From: a plasmid
Sequence record: NZ_CP025192.1
Strand: one strand, 5' to 3'
Length of the DNA stretch: 64,000 nucleotides
A program made the translations under genes and the position numbers. The notes under the pieces are model-generated. The model searched no databases, had not been told where the DNA came from, and saw only the letters and a list, made by a program, of their open reading frames with translations. Positions within the stretch are counted from its first letter, which is position 1, and the number at the start of each line of letters is the position of its first letter. This document shows positions 35,940 to 45,371 of the stretch, one piece after another.

Positions 35940-37700
35940 TTGCCAGACGTGTCCGGAACGCTGCCCACGGTTTCCCTCTTCGTCGCGAAGTCGACCCTGA
36001 CCGAGGGGGCCGATACGGCCCTGAACGCGATCGTCACCCGCACGCCGTCCGAGCTGACGAGTTCCGTGACCGTGGAATTCTACATCCCCGTCACCACGCG
36101 CAATGTCGCCGGAGCGGACGACTTCGTCGGCGGCCTCGCCCCGAAGGTGGTGACCTTCGCCCCGGGCGAGACGTCCCAGGCGGTGAGCTGGGGCCTCGTC
36201 GACGACAACGTCCCGGAGGTCCCCGGCGCGATCGGCCTGTGGCTGCGCAACCCGGTCAATGCCACCGTCAGCACGAATGGCGGAGGATCGGCCGGCGTGG
36301 TCATCCAGGACAACGATCCGACCGATACGATGAGCATCGCCGCTGTCGGCGCCTCGGCCGTGCGGGAGGGCGATGCCTCGGACCAGGGCACGCACAAGCT
36401 CACCTTCGACATCGTGCGTGAGGGCAACACCTCCTGGCCGGTCACCGCAGCGATCGTGATCGAGGCCGACACCTCGGCCGGCGCGCATTCGGCCTCATCC
36501 AGTGACATCGTGGGCGGCTTCACCACGCAGTGGGTCTATTTCAATTACGGCGAGACCCATAAGACCTTCGAGGTCACCATCGCCGGCGACAACCTCCTCG
36601 AGGGCAACGAGACCTTCGTGGTCCGTATTAGCAACACCTGGAGCCCGTCGGGCGCACCGGGCTTCCTGACCGGGATCGGCACCGCCGCGGTCACCGCGAC
36701 GATCCTCGACGACGATACGCCGGTCGTGCCGGGCACCGCCGGCAACGACGTCCTGCACCATGCCGACGGCTCCCACATCTACGACGGCGGGGCCGGCTTC
36801 GACGTGCTGGACTACGGTGCCGTGGGCCGCCGCGGCCTCGCCGTGACCCGCTCCGCCGAGGGCGACGTCGTCATCACCCATGGCGGCCAGACGGACACGC
36901 TGCGCTCGGTGGAGGAGGTCCGCCTGGCCGACGGGCGCCTTGTCTTCAACGAGGCCGACCCGGCGGCACAGGTGGTGCGGCTCTACCACGCGGCCCTCGA
37001 CCGCGATCCCGAGCAGCAGGGCCTGAACTTCTGGATCGGCCAGCTCAGGGAAGGCCATGGCCTGCTCGATCTGGCACAGAGCTTCCTCGCCAGCCCCGAG
37101 TTCAACTCACGCTACGGCAGCCTGACGGACAGCCAGTATGTCGACCGCCTCTACCAGAACGTCCTGGGCCGCGAGGGCGAGGCGGCGGGCAAGGCCTGGT
37201 GGCTGTCCCAGCTGGACAGCGGCCACAGCCGTGCCGAGGTGCTGCAGGGCTTCTCCGAGAGCGCCGAGAACAAGGCCAACACGGCCAGCCTCTGGCAGAA
37301 CGGCATCTGGGACGTCGACGAGCATGCCCTGCAGGCCGCCCGGCTCTACGACACGGTGCTGGGCCGGCTGCCCGACGCCCCGGGCCTGGCGTTCCAGGCC
37401 TCGCTGCTCGACAGCGGCGTCGCGCTGAGGGACATCGCCGCGGCCTTCACCCGCAGCCCCGAGTTCCAGGCGAAATACGGCACGCTGGATGACCGCCAGT
37501 TCGTGTCCAACCTCTACCTGAACACGCTGCACCGCGCCGCCGAGCCGGCCGGGCTGGAACACTGGGTGGCCCAGATCCAGGGCGGTGCGTCGCGCAGCGA
37601 CGTGGTGCTGGGTTTCTCCGAGAGCCCGGAGCACATCGCCCTGACCAACCCGGACTTCATGTCCGACGATCCGGGCCGCTACGGCATCGCCTTCGCCTGA
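35940..37700 (+). CDS. secreted Calx-beta / RTX calcium-binding / DUF4214-repeat protein
   Basis: N-terminal Calx-beta-like repeats (VTFAPGETSQAVSWGLVDDNVPE). Hemolysin-type Ca-binding nonapeptides (GTAGNDVLHHADGSHIYDGGAGFDVLDY). Three DUF4214-like repeats (LYHAALDRDPEQQGLNFW..., LYQNVLGREGEAAGKAWW..., LYLNTLHRAAEPAGLEHW...). Confidence 0.7.
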   Translation: MPDVSGTLPTVSLFVAKSTLTEGADTALNAIVTRTPSELTSSVTVEFYIPVTTRNVAGADDFVGGLAPKVVTFAPGETSQAVSWGLVDDNVPEVPGAIGLWLRNPVNATVSTNGGGSAGVVIQDNDPTDTMSIAAVGASAVREGDASDQGTHKLTFDIVREGNTSWPVTAAIVIEADTSAGAHSASSSDIVGGFTTQWVYFNYGETHKTFEVTIAGDNLLEGNETFVVRISNTWSPSGAPGFLTGIGTAAVTATILDDDTPVVPGTAGNDVLHHADGSHIYDGGAGFDVLDYGAVGRRGLAVTRSAEGDVVITHGGQTDTLRSVEEVRLADGRLVFNEADPAAQVVRLYHAALDRDPEQQGLNFWIGQLREGHGLLDLAQSFLASPEFNSRYGSLTDSQYVDRLYQNVLGREGEAAGKAWWLSQLDSGHSRAEVLQGFSESAENKANTASLWQNGIWDVDEHALQAARLYDTVLGRLPDAPGLAFQASLLDSGVALRDIAAAFTRSPEFQAKYGTLDDRQFVSNLYLNTLHRAAEPAGLEHWVAQIQGGASRSDVVLGFSESPEHIALTNPDFMSDDPGRYGIAFA

Positions 37701-37880
37701 AAAGGCTTGGTTCCGGGGCGTCGGATGCGTCGCCCCGACGCCGGCAGCCGCGGCGAACACCCGGGGCCCCAGCCATCGCGGCCGGGAGCTTTTCGCGTTC
37801 CGGCCTGTTGGCGGCACAGCCGCGCCCTGCAGAACAGACGGATCAGTGGCGCGAGGGGGAGGTTTTCCCCTCCCGCCCGG

Positions 37881-38246
37881 TCAGCGCCGTCGCATCCGGA
37901 TGGCGGCCATGCCCAGCAGGAACAGGGATGCCCCGATCAGGACAAGGCCCGCCAGAAACAGGAGGTCGGGCCAGCTGTCCGCTTCCGTGGGCGTGAAAGC
38001 GGTGCGGCCTCGCACGATACCGGCGAGGATGGAGCCCAGCACGATGCCACCGGACGCGGCAAGCACCAGGAGGCTGGCCATTCCCGCGCAAGTCAGCCAC
38101 ACCGGCGGATCCCCGGGCAGCTGCCACCAATGGCTGTTGGCGTGGGCTTCCTGCCGGCGGAGTTCGCGCAGCATCCGCCTGCGCAGGAGGTCGTTGATCT
38201 CCTGGTTCTCGCGCCTGCGCTCCTCGTTCGAGACACCATCGCTCAT
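37881..38246 (-). CDS. small two-TM membrane protein
   Basis: About 121 aa from internal ATG (MSDGVSNEERRR...). Two hydrophobic helices (WLTCAGMASLLVLAASGGIVLGSILAGIV; LLFLAGLVLIGASLFLLGMAAI). Confidence 0.4.
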   Translation of the reverse strand: MSDGVSNEERRRENQEINDLLRRRMLRELRRQEAHANSHWWQLPGDPPVWLTCAGMASLLVLAASGGIVLGSILAGIVRGRTAFTPTEADSWPDLLFLAGLVLIGASLFLLGMAAIRMRRR

Positions 38247-38437
38247 CGGAGTATCGCTCCTTCGCCACCCCTCACCTCCGGAGTTGGTCGGGGGCAAGTG
38301 GGCCGGCAGTGGAAGGCTTCAGGCGGGCACCACGTGGGATATCCCCGGCGTCCGCATAGGCCAGAAGCGGACATCCTTCCCGGTCTGCGGCAGGAGCATA
38401 GGGGGAGGAGAAGTGGAACAGCAAACCGTGACCGTCC

Positions 38438-39457
38438 TCATCGCACCCTGTTTCCCTGGCGCCGCCTGCGGATGACCTGGGCGTAGAGGGCGGCGGCGCG
38501 GTGCTGGCCCGCATGGTTGTAGCCCTGCGCCACGGCCGGCGTGTTGCCCACCACCGCTGCCCCGAAGGCCGACGTCTCCCCCAGCCGCATCGCCGCGGTG
38601 GTGACCACGCTGTGGCGGATGCGGTGCGTCCCGAAGCCGATCCCGAAACGCTTGCGGGAGAGCCGCTGGATCCGGCTGGTGATACCCTGCGCAGTCAGCG
38701 GCGTGCCCTGCCGGGTGATCCACAGCGCCTCCTGCCGCTGCCCCGCCAGCAGCGCCAGGCGGATCACCGCCAGGTAGTGCCGCATCCACGGCGTGAAGGC
38801 CGGATGCAGCTCGAAGCGGTCCGGCCGCTTCGTCTTGGTCTGCGCCGCGGTCAGCTCGACCCGGAAGCACTCCCCCACCTGGCGCAGCTCGTGACCCGGC
38901 CGCAGCAGGCTCACCGAGCGCAACCGCCGGCCGCACAGCGCCAGCAGGACGATCAGCAGCCCGTCGCGATAGGCGATCAGGGCCCCGGGGTCGTCCCCCT
39001 GTTCCAGCCGCGCCAGCGCCCACTCCATCATCGCGAAGCCCCATTCGGCGATCACCTGCCCGTCGGGCACCACCAGGTGCCGCCTGTCCTTGGGCAGCAG
39101 CGCGTTCACCGACACGCCGTCGGGCCTCTGGATCCAGGCCACGTCCGCCTCCGGCACGATCACCGACAGCGCCATGGCCAGGTGCCTGAAGCGGCCGATG
39201 ATGGTGTGGTCCGCGTTGCCGGCCCGGCGCAGCGTGCGGAAATAGGCCCGCAGCCGTGGGCGCGTGACACGCTCCAGCGGCGGCTCGTCCGGATCGAGCC
39301 AGCCGCGGCTGTCGAGGAAGGACAGCCGCGGCCATAGCCCTTGGTCAGCGTGGCGAGCGAGGCCGCGCGCAGCCGGGTACCGGGGCGGACATCCCGGAAG
39401 GGCTCGCCCGGCGTGCAGTGCAGCCGCCAGGCGGCACGGTCGGCCTCGGGCCAGCAT
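38438..39457 (-). CDS. tyrosine recombinase (smaller member of tandem pair)
   Basis: C-terminal R...HRIRHSVVT...Y-type catalytic region (GIGFGTHRIRHSVVTTAAMRLGE). N-terminal extension in the ORF track to 39604 is rejected. Confidence 0.65.
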   Translation of the reverse strand: MLARGRPCRLAAALHAGRALPGCPPRYPAARGLARHADQGLWPRLSFLDSRGWLDPDEPPLERVTRPRLRAYFRTLRRAGNADHTIIGRFRHLAMALSVIVPEADVAWIQRPDGVSVNALLPKDRRHLVVPDGQVIAEWGFAMMEWALARLEQGDDPGALIAYRDGLLIVLLALCGRRLRSVSLLRPGHELRQVGECFRVELTAAQTKTKRPDRFELHPAFTPWMRHYLAVIRLALLAGQRQEALWITRQGTPLTAQGITSRIQRLSRKRFGIGFGTHRIRHSVVTTAAMRLGETSAFGAAVVGNTPAVAQGYNHAGQHRAAALYAQVIRRRRQGNRVR

Positions 39458-39494
39458 GCCAGCGGCCAGCACAGGCGGGATCGCGGGATCGCGC

Positions 39495-41303
39495 TCATCG
39501 CCGGCTACCCCGCCGCGTGTCGCGCTGTCCGCCCCCCGGCGTGCCGCCACTCCGGCGGCCCATGACGAGGTCCTGGTAGCGGCGCGCGGCCCGGCCCTGC
39601 ACATTGCCGCTGTAGCGCCTGGTGATCTCGAAGGAGGAATGGCCGAGCAGCTGGCGCAGCTCCTCGTAGTGGTCGGGGAAGGCTTCCAGGAACAGCGTCG
39701 CTGCCAGGTGACGGAACTGGTGCGGCGTCATGTTCACCCCGACATGCGTGGCGATCGCCCCCTTGATGGCATCGCGCAGGCCCTGATGGCCGATCCGCTC
39801 GCCCGGCCTGCCGTACCCCGGGAACAGCCAGCGGCAACCCGGGATGGCGGGGCGGTAGTCCGCGATCCATTCGCGGATCAGCGCCGAGAGCCCGGCCGGG
39901 ATCGGCATCCTGATCTCCTTCCTGCCCTTGGTCTCTCCGGGCGGGATCCACAGCTCGGTGATGGCACCGCGCCGGGGATCGGGACGGTAGAGGTTCCGGT
40001 CCAGATCGAGGCCCGCGAGGTTGGCCAGGCGCAGCGGCAGGTGCGTCAGGATGGCGATCGCCAACGCCCGCATGGCCAGCGACCGGGCCTGCGGCGGCGC
40101 CTCGTCACGCAGCCGTCGCGCGGCGCCCATCAGCACCCCGGGCAGCTCCAGCAGCGCCGTCAGCTTGTCCGGCTGCAGGATGGCCTGCATCGTGCGCTCG
40201 TTGCGCAGGGTCATGCCGTCGTATTTCAGCGCGACCCTGTCCCGCCAACCCTGGAGCCGTTCCAGCTGCCGCGGGGACAGCGCCCCATGGTGCTTCGCGA
40301 TGATGCGCAACACCTCGGCCACGTGGTGGCCGGCCGCCGATGGCCGGCGTTCCCGCTCGCCCTCGGCGGCCTCGGCGCGGCGGTAGAGGAAGCCGATCGC
40401 CGCCTCGATGCGCCCGAAGGGCGACACCAGGTCCCGCAGCGAGGTGATCTGCTCCATCGGCACCGCGCCGCTGGCCACCAGCGCGCTCGCCGCCCAGCGG
40501 GCGTGGTCCACCCGCATCGCCACGGTGGAGGGACGCAGCGGCCGCATGTCCAGCAGCCTGTTCTCCTCCTCCGCCGATCCGGGCTCGGGCAGGTCGAGCA
40601 CGTTGCTGCCCAGCCGCCGCCGGAAGGCCTCGAGATCGGCCCGGAAGCTCGCTGGGAAGGCCTCGGGCGGCAGCACGTAGGCCTTGGGCCGGGCCAGCCG
40701 GCCCAGCGGCCGTCCCGGCCAGTCCGCCACCTCGCGGCAGGCACGGTTCCAGCCGCCGCGGACATCGCCGGCCGTCTTGCGGGGTTTGGGCGTCAGGTTG
40801 CGCTCCGTGAGCCAGGCCTCGAAGTCCGCCAGCGCCGCGTCGTCCACCGCCTCCGGCGCCACGCCCCGGACGCTGCAGAAGCGGGCGAAGGCGATCAGGC
40901 CGTAGGGGCGGTAGGCGGGCAGGCCTGCCAGCGCCGCCCGCCAGGCGGGCGAGAGGGGCGCGTCCGCGGGATCCATCAGGCCCAGGCGCCGCAGCACGTA
41001 GCGCAGCGCCGAGCGCAGGGTGCACATGGTCGGGCGCTTGACGCCGTGATGGGTGGCGGTGCGGTCGAAGACCCGCTCGCGCAGGAAGACGGGGCTCAGC
41101 TCGACGGCCGCGGGCGGCAGGTCCGCCAGCCTGCAGACGCCGCGCAGGGCGGAGGCGAGGTCGCGCCGGCGGGTGGGGGTGAGGTCGTCCCAGCGGGCGA
41201 CCTCGGCCAGCGCCATGGCGACGGTGAGCGGGATCCCGGCGGACAGGCCGGAGGCCTGCTCCAGGGGTGCCGCGGGGGCGGGAGGACGGGCGGAAAGATG
41301 CAT
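39495..41303 (-). CDS. large tyrosine recombinase (about 600 aa)
   Basis: C-terminus MTPHQFRHLAATLFL...LLGHSSFEITRRY gives the R-H-R-Y tetrad. Start at internal ATG 41303 (MHLSARPP...). Confidence 0.7.
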   Translation of the reverse strand: MHLSARPPAPAAPLEQASGLSAGIPLTVAMALAEVARWDDLTPTRRRDLASALRGVCRLADLPPAAVELSPVFLRERVFDRTATHHGVKRPTMCTLRSALRYVLRRLGLMDPADAPLSPAWRAALAGLPAYRPYGLIAFARFCSVRGVAPEAVDDAALADFEAWLTERNLTPKPRKTAGDVRGGWNRACREVADWPGRPLGRLARPKAYVLPPEAFPASFRADLEAFRRRLGSNVLDLPEPGSAEEENRLLDMRPLRPSTVAMRVDHARWAASALVASGAVPMEQITSLRDLVSPFGRIEAAIGFLYRRAEAAEGERERRPSAAGHHVAEVLRIIAKHHGALSPRQLERLQGWRDRVALKYDGMTLRNERTMQAILQPDKLTALLELPGVLMGAARRLRDEAPPQARSLAMRALAIAILTHLPLRLANLAGLDLDRNLYRPDPRRGAITELWIPPGETKGRKEIRMPIPAGLSALIREWIADYRPAIPGCRWLFPGYGRPGERIGHQGLRDAIKGAIATHVGVNMTPHQFRHLAATLFLEAFPDHYEELRQLLGHSSFEITRRYSGNVQGRAARRYQDLVMGRRSGGTPGGGQRDTRRGSRR

Positions 41304-41404
41304 TCGGCAATCTCCGGAAAGATGCGGCGAATCGGGAGCACACAGCACTCTAATCCCAGGCCGATTGGCGCCCCGGGGTCTCACGACAGGCTCGTAAGGG
41401 GTTG

Positions 41405-41857
41405 TCATGACGGAGTTTTCCCGCGGGCCGGCCCACCGGCAGCGGGAGCATCGGCACGGCCCTCACGGCTGCCGCCGGAGCGGTCCCGCCGGCTCTCCAG
41501 GATGGCCTGGCGCATGCGGCCGCCGAGCAGGGCGCGGACCTCCTCCTCGCGGAAGTAGACCGCGCGTCCGACGCGCAGCGGCGCGAGGTATCCCCGTCGC
41601 ACCCAGTCGCGCAGGGCCCGCTCGGAGCGACGGAACACGGCCGCCACCTCGGCCGCCGTCAGCAGCTTCGGCAGGGATGCGGCGGGGGATCGGTCGGGCG
41701 CTGACGGCGTGGTGTCCGCAGCGCCGTCCGGGTGCGAGAAATCCGCCGTGGCCGGAGGCGCCCGTGGCGGGCGCGGCAGGAGCGGCGAGACGTTGCGTCC
41801 CGGTCCAGGATCGGGGCGGCGGGCCGGTGCCGGCCTGCGTTGCGGGTGTGTGACCAT
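41405..41857 (-). CDS. excisionase/AlpA-like helix-turn-helix DNA-binding protein (start uncertain)
   Basis: LLTAAEVAAVFRRSERALRDWVRRGYLAPLRVGRAVYFREEEV is a MerR/Xis-type HTH. Immediately upstream of and co-directional with the two recombinase genes. Confidence 0.55.
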   Translation of the reverse strand: MVTHPQRRPAPARRPDPGPGRNVSPLLPRPPRAPPATADFSHPDGAADTTPSAPDRSPAASLPKLLTAAEVAAVFRRSERALRDWVRRGYLAPLRVGRAVYFREEEVRALLGGRMRQAILESRRDRSGGSREGRADAPAAGGPARGKTPS

Positions 41858-41986
41858 GGACAGGCCACTTGCATCACGACCGCCGCGTTCGTCCGCTGAG
41901 TTAATTGAACGTTTGATATCGTAACGAATCAGGCCCGGCCATGTGAGCCTGGGCGCTGGCCAGATCGGTGCTGCCTGACGCCGGGA

Positions 41987-43066
41987 TCAGCGCGATGTGC
42001 GGCGGGTGGCCTTCAGCACGGTGGCGGCGATCCGGCGGTAGTTGCGACGTTCCGCGTCTGTCATCTCCGCCGGGAATTCCCGGTGATAGGCATGCTCGAT
42101 GCCGAGAAATCGCCGGCGCAGATCCTCCGCATCCGCCTCGCCCAGGGTGACCTGCTCCGGATCCCCTCCCTGCCAGCTCGTGGCCGCCTTCCTGGCGTGC
42201 AGGATCTCCTCCTCCGCCACCTCGCGGATCGCATCGCCCAGCCGGTAGCGGCCACGCCGGACATCGTGCCAGCGGCAGGCCAGCCGGGCGCGGACGGACT
42301 GCGCGAGAAGGAACGTATCGCCGCGCGGACGGCCAGGACCGGCGGGCGGTACCTGGCCGGAAAGCCGGATGGCCTCCGCGCCGAGCTTGGCCAGATCCTG
42401 GACATGGCGAAAGTCAGTGGGTGCAAGCTCCCCTTCCCCATCGAGCCAGCGGGGAAGGCGCCGGAGCAGGTCCTGGATCTCGCGTGCCGCCGCGGCGTTG
42501 CCGGAACGGCGCCCGCCTTTGCGTTCGGGAACAGCCACGGAGCGGCCGAGCCTGCCGATCTCGGCACCGGCCTTCGTGACCAGCAGCAGGGTCTGCAGCG
42601 CCGGCAACCCGGCCCATTCGCCACGCCGGAGGGCACGCAGCGTCTCCAGGACGAGACGCAACAGCCCGTCGCCCGCCGCGACGATCAGGGGGTGCCGGCG
42701 GATCTCCTCGAACCGCTGGCGCGATGGCGCGGTTCGGTGAGGATGCGGCCGTGGAGGTGCGGGCGAGCGCCGCGGCCGCCTGCTGTCCGAGGGCCGGATC
42801 CGCCCGCGCCTTGCCGCCTCGAGGAAGTCCGGCAGCGGCCAGGACCAGCGCTCGTTGGCGGAGGTAAAGCCGCGGACGATGCCGTCCGCGATCCGGGTGA
42901 TCCTGCGGGTCTCGCCATCCTCCAGGAAGACCGCGCCGGGCCGGACCCAGGCCGCATGGTCCGCGTCGGGTGGATCGGTTGGGGGAGGCAGCGTGTCCGG
43001 CACCGGCGAAGCATCCGATTGTACTTCCCACCGATGCCACCACCCGGAATATCTGTCGACGATCAT
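41987..43066 (-). CDS. hypothetical protein
   Basis: 359-aa ORF co-directional with the recombinase cluster. No motif recognised. Confidence 0.4.
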   Translation of the reverse strand: MIVDRYSGWWHRWEVQSDASPVPDTLPPPTDPPDADHAAWVRPGAVFLEDGETRRITRIADGIVRGFTSANERWSWPLPDFLEAARRGRIRPSDSRRPRRSPAPPRPHPHRTAPSRQRFEEIRRHPLIVAAGDGLLRLVLETLRALRRGEWAGLPALQTLLLVTKAGAEIGRLGRSVAVPERKGGRRSGNAAAAREIQDLLRRLPRWLDGEGELAPTDFRHVQDLAKLGAEAIRLSGQVPPAGPGRPRGDTFLLAQSVRARLACRWHDVRRGRYRLGDAIREVAEEEILHARKAATSWQGGDPEQVTLGEADAEDLRRRFLGIEHAYHREFPAEMTDAERRNYRRIAATVLKATRRTSR

Positions 43067-43120
43067 GACGGTGACCGGCCAGGGGACGACAGGCCACCGC
43101 CGGCACTTTCCGCTCTCCCC

Positions 43121-43606
43121 TCAGTTTGTTGCGGCCGGCGGTCTCCAGCAGGCCTGCAGGTCGCGGGCGATGGACCAGGCGATGTATTCGCCGCCGTGGC
43201 GAGGAGTCATGGGCAAGGGCCGCAGATGTCCCCGGTTCTCCAGACGCTGTGCTACCCGCAGCTTGGCCTGCAGGCCGTCGCGTCCCCGGGCAGGGGTCGC
43301 GATCAGCGCCTGCTCGACCTCGGAGAGCCAGTCGGTGGCGGCATCGAGCTCGGGCTTGAGCCGGTCCTCATCGGCGAGGGTCCGTGCCCGCGCCTGCAGC
43401 GCTCCCAGGGCGGCGTAGGCATTCCGCCACTCGGCATGGAGGCGCTGGAGCTTCGTGTCCGGATCACCGGCCGGCCTCATTGCCGATACGGCATTGCGGA
43501 AGGCGGCAAGGTTCAGGCTGCCGGCAATCAGTGCGGCAAGCGCGGCACGACGGGAAAGGCCGCCTCTGCTTCGGTGGCGGTTTGTGATACGGGCATGCTT
43601 AGCCAT
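43121..43606 (-). CDS. hypothetical exported protein (Tat-like signal peptide)
   Basis: N-terminus SRRAALAALIAGSLNLAAF has twin-arginine-like signal features. 161 aa. Confidence 0.45.
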   Translation of the reverse strand: MAKHARITNRHRSRGGLSRRAALAALIAGSLNLAAFRNAVSAMRPAGDPDTKLQRLHAEWRNAYAALGALQARARTLADEDRLKPELDAATDWLSEVEQALIATPARGRDGLQAKLRVAQRLENRGHLRPLPMTPRHGGEYIAWSIARDLQACWRPPAATN

Positions 43607-43761
43607 GGCCGGCTGATCCCTTCAGCAGCTGTGGTCAGGCCGGGCGGGAGGGGTCCAGCCTCTCGTCCGGTCGCTCTGATATTGTGAAGGTTCCTCCTCA
43701 CACGTAATGTGTAACCCTACTCATTCAGTTGAACAACTCAATTTGAGTAAGGTAACTCGTT

Positions 43762-44001
43762 TTGGAAATCACGCCCGCGCAGTGCCGTGCGGCTCGTGCT
43801 CTGCTGAATTGGTCGCAGGATCAGCTGGAGACAGCGGCCAAGGTAGCGCGCAAGACCATCGCCGATTTCGAACGCGAAGTCCGCCGGCCGTACGCGCGGA
43901 CGCTGGAGGCTCTTCGTGCCGCTCTGGAAGCGGCAGGAGTGGAATTCATTCCCGAGAACGGAGGAGGCGCCGGGGTGCGCCTGCGGAAGCAATCCTCGTG
44001 A
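43762..44001 (+). CDS. XRE-family (Cro/C1-type) HTH transcriptional regulator
   Basis: CRAARALLNWSQDQLETAAKVARKTIADFE is a classic HTH_3 pattern. 79 aa. Confidence 0.7.
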   Translation: MEITPAQCRAARALLNWSQDQLETAAKVARKTIADFEREVRRPYARTLEALRAALEAAGVEFIPENGGGAGVRLRKQSS

Positions 44002-44336
44002 AGGCCTGGATTGTCGCTCCTGGCCTGCTCCTCACCCAGGCGGGCACTGCCATGGCACAGGCCATCGCCGTCCCGTCCGATCCCCGGGCGCGCTACGAGC
44101 TGGTCAGGAAGGTCAGGCGCGACGATGGCCTGGTCGAGATCACCACGCGCCGCCAGGGCCCGTCCGGTACGTCCTTCGCCCGGCGTGAGGTCGATTGCCG
44201 CCGGCGGTTGTTCCGCTACCTCAGTGAGGGTGACACCCTGGAAGAGGCTAGGCGCCCGGCCCCCAGTCCCGGCAGGATGTCTCCCCTCTTCGACGGCTCC
44301 ATCTCCGACCACATCGCGCGCTTCGCATGCCGGTAG
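43998..44336 (+). CDS. small secreted protein (signal peptide)
   Basis: GTG start overlapping the XRE stop. KAWIVAPGLLLTQAGTAMAQA|IAVPS signal-peptide-like N-terminus. About 112 aa. Confidence 0.4.
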   Translation: MKAWIVAPGLLLTQAGTAMAQAIAVPSDPRARYELVRKVRRDDGLVEITTRRQGPSGTSFARREVDCRRRLFRYLSEGDTLEEARRPAPSPGRMSPLFDGSISDHIARFACR

Positions 44337-44677
44337 CCGGTGAGGCGAGCGCTCCGGCCGGTGCCGTCTATGACGGCGATGGCCGGCTGGTCCTGGGCAG
44401 TGGTCCCGCCTTCTCGCTCGGCCTGATCACGGACCGTGCCTTCCAGGCGGTGCTGCACAACCTGGACGAACCGGGGGATACGATCGAGCCGGAGGACCGC
44501 CTCTGGCTCCTGCCCGAAGGGCTGATCCCAGACGCTCCCCTGCACGTCCTGGCCAGCCTCGCCGCGGTCGTGCGGGCCGGCCGCAAGGTCGTCGTGATGG
44601 CGGATAGTGCCGAGGCCGGCAACCGGGCCTGCGAGGCCATCGGGCAGGCCCTCGATGCGAGGCAGGGCAGCGCCTGA
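44327..44677 (+). CDS. hypothetical protein
   Basis: 116-aa ORF with balanced composition. No motif recognised. Confidence 0.35.
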   Translation: MPVAGEASAPAGAVYDGDGRLVLGSGPAFSLGLITDRAFQAVLHNLDEPGDTIEPEDRLWLLPEGLIPDAPLHVLASLAAVVRAGRKVVVMADSAEAGNRACEAIGQALDARQGSA

Positions 44678-44742
44678 GCGCGCGTCACACAGCGTTCTGT
44701 CCGGATGGCCAGATCACACCGTCCGGCCGGCCCTCCCCGGCA

Positions 44743-45135
44743 TCAACCGCGCCGGCTGGCCCGTAGCCACGCCGCGAAGGCCGCTTCGTCCAGCCCACCT
44801 TCGACCAGCCGCAGCATCTGCTCCACGGCCCGTGGCGCGGCGACGTCGATCTCGACACCGTTGGCCTTGAGGAAGAGCACGCAACAGCCCCAGGCGGTCC
44901 GCTTGTTGCCATCGTTGAAAGGATGGTTGGCCGCGAGACCATAGGCATAAGCCGCGGCCAGATCGAACAGGTCGGGGACGCCGGCATCGGCATAGGCGAG
45001 CTTGTTGCCGGGACGGCCCAGCGCGCTGTGCAGCATGCCCTCGTCCTTGACGCCCTGGACCCCGCCATACTCCCGCAGGGCTTGGTCGTGCAGGAACAGC
45101 ACGACATCGGCCTCCAGGAACTCCGGGCCGCTCAA
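44743..45135 (-). CDS. doc: Doc (death-on-curing) Fic-family toxin
   Basis: HPFNDGNKRTA is the Doc variant of the Fic motif HxFx(D/N)GNKR. 130 aa. Confidence 0.85.
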   Translation of the reverse strand: MSGPEFLEADVVLFLHDQALREYGGVQGVKDEGMLHSALGRPGNKLAYADAGVPDLFDLAAAYAYGLAANHPFNDGNKRTAWGCCVLFLKANGVEIDVAAPRAVEQMLRLVEGGLDEAAFAAWLRASRRG

Positions 45136-45371
45136 CGCCTGGCGAGTTCCTGCAGCGCGTCGGCCTGCTCGCGCAGGACCTCGCGGGCCAGCTGCATCTG
45201 CCGCTCGAGCTTCAGGTTGCGCTTCACCAGCTTCACCCCATCCGCCAGTTCCACCAGGGTCAGGTCCTGGCCGACCTCCAGCCCCATGCGGATCCTCGTC
45301 TCGGCCGGGAACGTCACCCCGACCGAGTTGCCCTGCCGGCGTAGTGTCACCGTGGTCATGATGCGCCTCAT
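45132..45371 (-). CDS. phd: Phd/AbrB-type antitoxin partner of Doc
   Basis: 79-aa ORF overlapping doc start by 4 nt. MTTVTLRRQGNSVGVTFPAETRIRMGLEVGQDLTLVE is SpoVT/AbrB-like. Confidence 0.7.
   Translation of the reverse strand: MRRIMTTVTLRRQGNSVGVTFPAETRIRMGLEVGQDLTLVELADGVKLVKRNLKLERQMQLAREVLREQADALQELARR

Noticed and set aside
38213-38300. Apparent 1-nt inconsistency between my manual re-translation and the supplied ORF track near 38220-38285
   Set aside because: Downstream coordinates check out (for example ATG at 46240), so this is attributed to my manual reading error rather than a real frameshift.
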